A stretch of DNA of 64,000 bases from the NCBI RefSeq assembly GCF_009914755.1, contig NC_060944.1. One strand, written 5' to 3'. The position numbers and the translations under genes were made by a program. The stretch comes from the human T2T-CHM13v2.0 reference genome, Homo sapiens. This document shows positions 57,250 to 64,000 of this stretch, one piece after another (position 1 is the stretch's first letter; each line of letters opens with the position of its first letter). The notes beneath the pieces are model-generated. The model did not search any database. It was not told the origin of the DNA and was given only the letters and a program-made list of their open reading frames with translations.

Positions 57250-57740
57250 GATCTGCACTGAGTATTTCCAGTTGCCTTATCCCACATGCATATATGTGCA
57301 TGAGATCACTTATATCCCTTCTCTGTCCTATGTCTATCTATGTCCCCAAGAGGCTGATGTGTTTGCTGGCATTACCCGACTCCCTTGCCATTTCTTATGG
57401 TGAGGCATTGGCAGGAGATGAGAGGGAAGGAGAAGGAAAAGGTTGGGATATTCTTTTCCCGCCTTCCCCACATTGGGTCCCATTTCTGGCAGAGGCTGTA
57501 TTCCTCCAGGACTATGGTCCTGTCCAGAGTCCCCTCCTTCATGGAGCCAGCACTCCCAAGCCTGCAGTAACACAAGGCCTTCAGTCCCAGCGGGTCCCAC
57601 TTTTTGCTCTTGCCGTCCTCTTGGTGATTTGACATGCTTTTCCAGTTGCCTGAAACCTGCCCATACATCATGAGGAGTCCCTTCATTATGGTCTTTGTAC
57701 CATCTGAGGTGGATTGTTTCTTGCCAGATTCCATGTGTCT
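57250..57740 (+). mobile_element. LTR33-like ERVL LTR
   Basis: 'ctcccttgcc', 'gaggcattggcaggagatgagaggg', 'ggcagaggctgtattcctcca', 'agtcccttcatta...tgtttcttgccaga'. Confidence 0.6.
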
Positions 57741-60322
57741 TTTTTTGGTGCTCTAGTATACACTTGTGGGAGAAAAAAACTCTTACAAGCTATGGGGACG
57801 GCTGACCACACCCACAGATTGTGGCCTGTAAACTACCTGTGAGGACCAGCACGTACCTTCATGGATCCTTATTTACCCTAAAACAGTTTCTAAAATCTTA
57901 GTGACAAGAAGTTGTTACCAGACATCCCAGGTGAAACTGCACCCAGTGAGTATTGTACCAAATTCCTAGGACTGGCCTCAAGTACTGCTGAGCTTAGAAG
58001 GGGAAGAGAATGTGAGAGTTCAGAATCTATGAATGTGTCCAGCATAAAGAGGGCTGAATGTTACAGTGATGCCTTCAATCTAACCTGAATGTTCTTCTTG
58101 TATTTTTGATATTTATTTTTTTTCTCCACTTTTTGAGGTGGAGAGGGGGATCAGGATGGATGGAATATTTGATAGACAAGGAACCCAGGAATTTCTCCAC
58201 CCTGTCCAGCTAAAACTATACTGCTTGGCAGAGTTCCCAAGACGGCACTGTGCAAACAATGGCAGTGAACTGGATATCCAAGTGCTGCCTTACCAGCTGA
58301 ACCGGTACCTAGTGTTCCAGCAAATACTTCAGTTCAAAACTTAAGCAGTGCCTCCTGCCCTCTTTAAATTTGAGAATACATATCAAGCACCTGGAGTGCA
58401 GGTTCTTACATTTTAAGAAACAGTGACCCCACTCATTAGAAAATGTGATTCAATTAGTAGCTTAGGCTCTAACCAGTCAGATTAACAACTCCATTCTCTA
58501 TTCCCTCCCCGCTTTCTCTTTCTCCCCTACCCCCATCCTTACTCTCTCTGAGGACACACAGGAGTTGGCAGAAATGGGTCTGGTATGAGGAGAGGGCTGA
58601 AAGCTCCCTGTCCCTGGACTCACCTCAGCTTCTCTTCTGCCATATTCCTGCCATTTTTTTTTCCTACTGACTCTCCTCGCTGGCACACTTTTTTCTTCCT
58701 GACTTTTTGTTGAAAACGAAGCATTAGATAACCTGGGGGACAACTGACCTTGTATGCCTATGTTTACAACATGTTGCCAACCATAGGTAGCCAAGTCAGT
58801 GATTCATCAGGAGTTAGTAGATAGGGTAGCTAGTGGTGGTGAGAATAGAACCATTCACCTCTTTTCTCTTCCAGAGGAATCAGGGGGTAAGATATTAGGG
58901 TTGAAAGGGACCCTAGGGATCACTGGGTTTAATTTTTTTTAACATTTTCAAAACGCCTTAGAAACCTGTATTTAAATAAAATCTTTAAAATAAATCAACA
59001 TATGAAACAGGCCTTGTTCTGGATGAAGTAGGTTGGAAGTCTGAGTCCACATGAAAACACCATGGCTCCTTCCCATTGTCACTATTGCGTGGAGGCTCCT
59101 GGGAACCCTGAATGCTTCATGAAGTCCACCTCGAAAGCCTTCAGTTATGAAAACCTTATGAAAACCTGCTGTACCACAGACTTAAAGGACTTGCTCACAG
59201 AAGTTAAATGGCCTAGAGAATTGGAGAGCCTCCTAAATCTAGGAAGCAGCACCTTAATCCACATTACATTGCCTTCCTCTTCTCTGCCCCTTCAAATCTA
59301 CAACATTGGATTCAGGATCACACAGCTGACACCCCATTCACATTGCCCTCACACTTACGATTCACTAGAAAGCTGTTTATCTCAGAAGACATTTTTATAT
59401 TTAAAATGGTGTGTGTGTGTGTGTACACTGAAGAGTGTAGTCATTATAGGTTTATTCTCACGGGTAGTCGGCCAATTCTGGACAGGGAGTGCTGGCTTAC
59501 ACTGTTAGCCAATGAGTATCTGACCATCGCCCATGCTATACTTCCCTCATTTAGAATGGCACCCCTAAGTTATTTATTTACTCTGGCATGGTCCTTCTGT
59601 CTGTGATTGTAACTGCTCTGGCACACGGTTTTGACTATTATTAGCTGAAAAAGATAATCCCAGTGATAGTGCTGGAAGTGCTGATAAAGTGAACACTTGG
59701 TGGTAAAAGGCAATTTTATGGCAGCGCCAGGAAGAAAAAGAGGGTCAAATTCACAAAGCAATTAGAGATTGGTGGAAGTCCTTTGAGATATGAGGGATAT
59801 AAACCTCACTGAAGCCTTGTAAGATTAACCAATAATTGTATGGACAATATCTGGAAAGAAAGGAAAACTATTGCTGAGGCATATCTCCAGTTAATGGCTA
59901 TTGAAAGAAAAAGAAAAATGGTTGCTTATGTTTGATATTGAAGACAACATATTCAAAATGACTGTGCTCCAAGGAATCCATGTAGGATAGATTAAATTAG
60001 TTTGTCATCTCAAGGAGCTTGTTCTTAAAGTTAAGTGTTGTACTCATTTATCAGTCCAGGTAAGGATACAGTAATCAACGCAAAAGAAGGCAAGATCTCT
60101 CTTTTCTTTTGTGTTGTCATATACTCAAAACAATTTTCAGCTCTATTCCAAGTATTGGCTTAAACAATTCTGATTATATCAGTTTAACTGGACTATAAAT
60201 GATACTTAAATATTTCCCAGTAAGCCGTTGGTATAGCATCATACCAATGACTGGAATTTTCTGATCTTCATGGTTGGTCACACAGTTAGATGTGCGAACA
60301 AACATTCTCGTATAAGAGCAAA

Positions 60323-60461
60323 GGCCAGGCGTGGTGGCTTACACTTGTAATCCCAGCACTTTGGGAGGCCAAAGCAGGAGAAGTGCTTGAGGCCAGGAGT
60401 TCAAGACCAGCCTAGGCAACATAACAAGATCCCATCTGTACCATCAATAATCAATCAATAA
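60323..60461 (+). mobile_element. FLAM/Alu left monomer
   Basis: ggccaggcgtggtggc...cccatctgtac followed by a short (TCAA) tail; no right arm. Confidence 0.88.
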
Positions 60462-60784
60462 TGTATTTATTTATTAGTCCAAATGAAAAGAAATAAACAC
60501 TTCATTTTTTTAATAGTACAGTTCTATTATATTTTTAAAATATAGTTGCCATGGTCAACAGTTATCCAGAATCCGACTTGGTATAAAAGGATTAATTTTT
60601 TTTTGTTTTTTGTTTTTTAAGGAAAAACACTAGCTGGAACCAACTGTGTGGACAGTGAAAATGATGAAAGACTGAGAGAAACTTTAGAAATGCAAGTGAG
60701 GGAGTAAGGTGCTAAGAGGCCCTTAGAAGTCTTGGCAGATGAAAGATACTGAGTGTCAGTTTGCCTGAAGACAATACATATATA

Positions 60785-61660
60785 AACAGAATGGGTTTGA
60801 CTCAGATTCCACCATTTATTGCTGTGCCCCTAGGAACCCACTCAGTCTTACTGAGCCTCAGTTTCTTCTTTGGTTAAATTGGGGTAACCATACTTGTCTA
60901 ATTTACTTTCTTTCTTTTTTTTTAAAAAAATTATATTTTAAGTTCTGGAGTACATATGCAGAACCTGCAGGTTTGTCACATAGGTATACACGTGTCATGG
61001 TGGTTTGCCGCACCCATCAACCTGTCATCTACATTAGGTATTTCTCCTAATGCTATCCGTCCTCTAGTCCCCCACCCCCTGACAGGCCCCGGTGTGTGAT
61101 TTTCCCCTCCCTGTGTCCATGTGTTCTATTGTTCAACTCCCACTTATAAGTGAGAACATGCAGTGTTTGGTTTTCTGTTCTTGTATTAGTTTGGTGAGAA
61201 TGATGGTTTCCAGCATCATCCATGTCCCTGCAAGGACATGAACTCATCCTTTTTTATGGCTGCATAGTATTCCATGGTGTATATGTGCCACATTTTCTTA
61301 ATCCAGTCTATCGTTGTTGGACATTTTGGTTGGTTCCAAGTCTTTGCTATTGTGAATACTGCCGCAATAAACATATGTGTGCATGTGTCTTTATAGCAGC
61401 ATGATTTATAATCCTTTGTGTATATACCCAGTAATGGGATGGCTGGGTCAAATGGTATTTCTGGTTCTAGATCCTTGAGGAATCACCACACTGTCTTCCA
61501 CAATGGCTGAAGTAATTTACACTCCCACCAGCAGTGTAAAAGCCTTCCTATTTCTCCACATCCTCTCTAGCATCTGTTGTTTCCTGACTTTTTAATGATC
61601 GCCATTCTAATTTACTTTCTAGGGTTGCTGCAGGAACCCAGTGGAATAGAGTATGTGAAC
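60785..61660 (+). mobile_element. MIR split by an L1PA insertion (60785-60911 and 61621-61660)
   Basis: 'ctgagcctcagtttc...ttggggtaaccata' resumes as 'agggttgctgcagga' after the L1. Confidence 0.7.
60912..61605 (-). mobile_element. 5'-truncated L1PA (L1PA7-like)
   Basis: Reverse L1PA 3' UTR and ORF2 end; perfect 15-bp TSD tctaatttactttct at 60897-60911 and 61606-61620. Confidence 0.95.
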
Positions 61661-61763
61661 ATTTCCCAGGAATTTGGGAATTGATATCAGTTTTATTTCC
61701 CTGTTCTCAGTTGGACTGTGTGTAATCTTAAAGACCCAGCCAGATATGAACCTTTCCCTTTTT

Positions 61764-62100
<337 letters not shown>

Positions 62101-63164
62101 TGAGTGAACAGCCATAAAGATCAGAAAATTCCAGTAACAATAACTTTTTAACCAACACCTTCTAAAGAGCACCTTGAATTTATTTCTCAATAAAGAAGAA
62201 GTAAGGAGGTTTTGAAACTCAAGAAAAGGATAAAGGAATGTTTGAGTTTGATTGAGACCAGGAGACAGAGTTTAAGATAATTCTTAATCTATTATTAATA
62301 GTGAGGCCTTAGGCCTCATTTAAAAAATGACCTCCTTATAGAATATGAGGTGGTACCCTTAAGACCTAACCATTGATGAGCTTACAAAAAGAGATATGTT
62401 TTCCCCCATCGGAAAGCTTCCCTCTCAGTGCAGTTTGAAAAATGAAGGTCTACCCCAGGGTAGTCATCCTTCATGTAACATTAAATATTAAATTAAATTG
62501 GTTGGTTGTAGAGCCAGTGTTTTCTTTGAATTCTTTAGTGTAAAGAGGTATTTCTTCTGGAATATTTTCTGGTAGTGTATCTTATTTCTTTACCCACCTG
62601 TGATGTAGAATCTCTTCTGTCTTGGCAGGAAGAGAAATTTGTACTACACTTATTTACTTTTGGCAAAGCAGTTCCTATTTTAACACCTACTTGAAAGTGT
62701 TAAGACTTTTATTTTATTGTTGTTGTGAGGGGGATGAATTATTTATACAAATTTCTCCCTTTAAACCAGAACAATGATACACTGCTCTGTAAATATCTGT
62801 TGGAAAGGCTTTCAGTTTTAACTCATCATATTGTACCGCACCTATCAAGTCCTTTACTGGGTTTTGCATCAGAGTCAAAACACTCAAAAATGATTCAGGG
62901 TTCTAGATGACTTCTTAGCTGTAAAATAAGTTTGCCTTTTTCTCACCATTTTGGTGCAACCTTACATACACATCTGGTTGAGATCATTTTCTTGAAGTCA
63001 ATTGAAACCTATTGGAAACACACAAGACATAGCACAAATATTGCATTTTTGGAGTACGGCTATGCTGTGTGTCAAAAACCTAAAATCATTTATTTCTATA
63101 ATTGAGCTCAACCATATGAAAAAGTATTAGCTACAAGAAGCAATCAGCATTATTTATGACAGAG

Positions 63165-63565
63165 AAAACACAGAAACTAATTAAATGTCCAATGAGTTAC
63201 CCGAGGAAATGTTGAAAAAATTCATAAGAACTAGCTATTTAAAATGATGCTGTAAAAATATTTATTTAAAATATTTATTGACATGAAAATCATTTCATGA
63301 AATTCTAAATAAAAGAAAAAGATTGCAAATAGTATGAATATGTGATCTAATTTTGGTATTAAAATATATATTATTTATTTAAATTGTTAAAAATGCATAG
63401 AAAATGGTATGAAAGGACACATACGAAAATGTGTTTATCTCTGGGTAGTGGAAATCTAAGTAGTGTTTACTTTTTTTTTCTTTTTGCCTATTTATTTACT
63501 ATTTTGTGTTTTGGATTATGCTGTGGTGAACATATGTTACTTACTGCATAAAAAGTAAGAAAAAC
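63165..63565 (+). mobile_element. Ancient L1ME 3' end
   Basis: 'taaatgtccaa', 'ttattgacatgaaaa', 'gtttatctctgggtagtggaa', 'gtgaacatatgttac'. Confidence 0.7.
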
Positions 63566-64000
63566 TGTTCAGGATGATAGACCCATCTTCAAATAGGGGA
63601 CTACAGGAGAGGGAGGTGGTAGAAATTGACCATTCTGTAGGGGGACCATTCTGATTTTAGGATTTCTCTTTTTAGCTTTGGTAAAAATAAACAAAAAATA
63701 AAACTATGTCTTAAAATATAAGTATAAAAACTGTGTTTGTTCTATATGTTTATACTGAGGTTCAAATAGCTCTCGTAGATTTACACTTTTTGAGTGACTA
63801 ATCTCTACATTTTTAGTCTAATTTTTTCATTTGCTTTTTGAACCAATATAGGTGATATTCACTTCTAGAATATTTTATGATGATGTCTGTATCACAAAAT
63901 AATAGTTAAATGCATTGCGTGCTGACTAGATCTGACTAGATTCTAGGCCTATTCTAAATACTTGGCATGTATTTACTTGCCTAATTCTCACAATATCCTA

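Noticed and set aside
57294-57734. Five overlapping ORFs on both strands
   Set aside because: They fall within a comparatively GC-rich LTR33-like element where stops are rarer; no recognisable domain.
58138-58344. Plus-strand acceptor-like site followed by a 68-aa frame; similar acceptor-like sites near 3355, 9592, 21424, 24648 and 52156
   Set aside because: Donors are weak or inconsistent, no peptide is recognisable and no coherent chain forms. A lncRNA cannot be excluded, but it is unsupported from sequence alone.
59145-59166. Short perfect tandem duplications (11 bp here; 10 bp at 63922-63941)
   Set aside because: Ordinary slippage products with no sign of function.

Overview
AT-rich primate genomic DNA, almost certainly human because it carries an Alu with all five AluYa5 diagnostic bases. 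It has intronic or intergenic character. I cannot support any intact protein-coding gene, RNA gene, CRISPR array or microbial system. The only clear gene-derived feature is a processed RPS10 pseudogene (50808-51390, + strand) with a frameshift and a CGA>TGA stop at codon 113. Much of the rest is interspersed repeats: about 13 Alu/FLAM elements, two 5'-truncated L1PA7-like elements, older L1M pieces, L2, MIR, MaLR/ERVL solo LTRs (THE1, MLT1, LTR16, LTR33) and hAT-Charlie MITEs. Most ORFs in the supplied track are repeat-derived or chance. The most interesting observations are: (1) a composite Alu + 70-bp unique DNA + Alu 3' fragment enclosed by one perfect 15-bp TSD, a candidate Alu 3' transduction or flank-capturing conversion; (2) a 51-bp (17-codon) tandem repeat with coding-like divergence in a repeat-poor island, with phase-compatible candidate minus-strand exons upstream, possibly a decayed or unannotated gene; (3) the pseudogene stop matches the RPS10 p.Arg113Ter Diamond-Blackfan allele. 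Repeat subfamily names come from recalled consensus sequences, and boundaries of old repeats are approximate.
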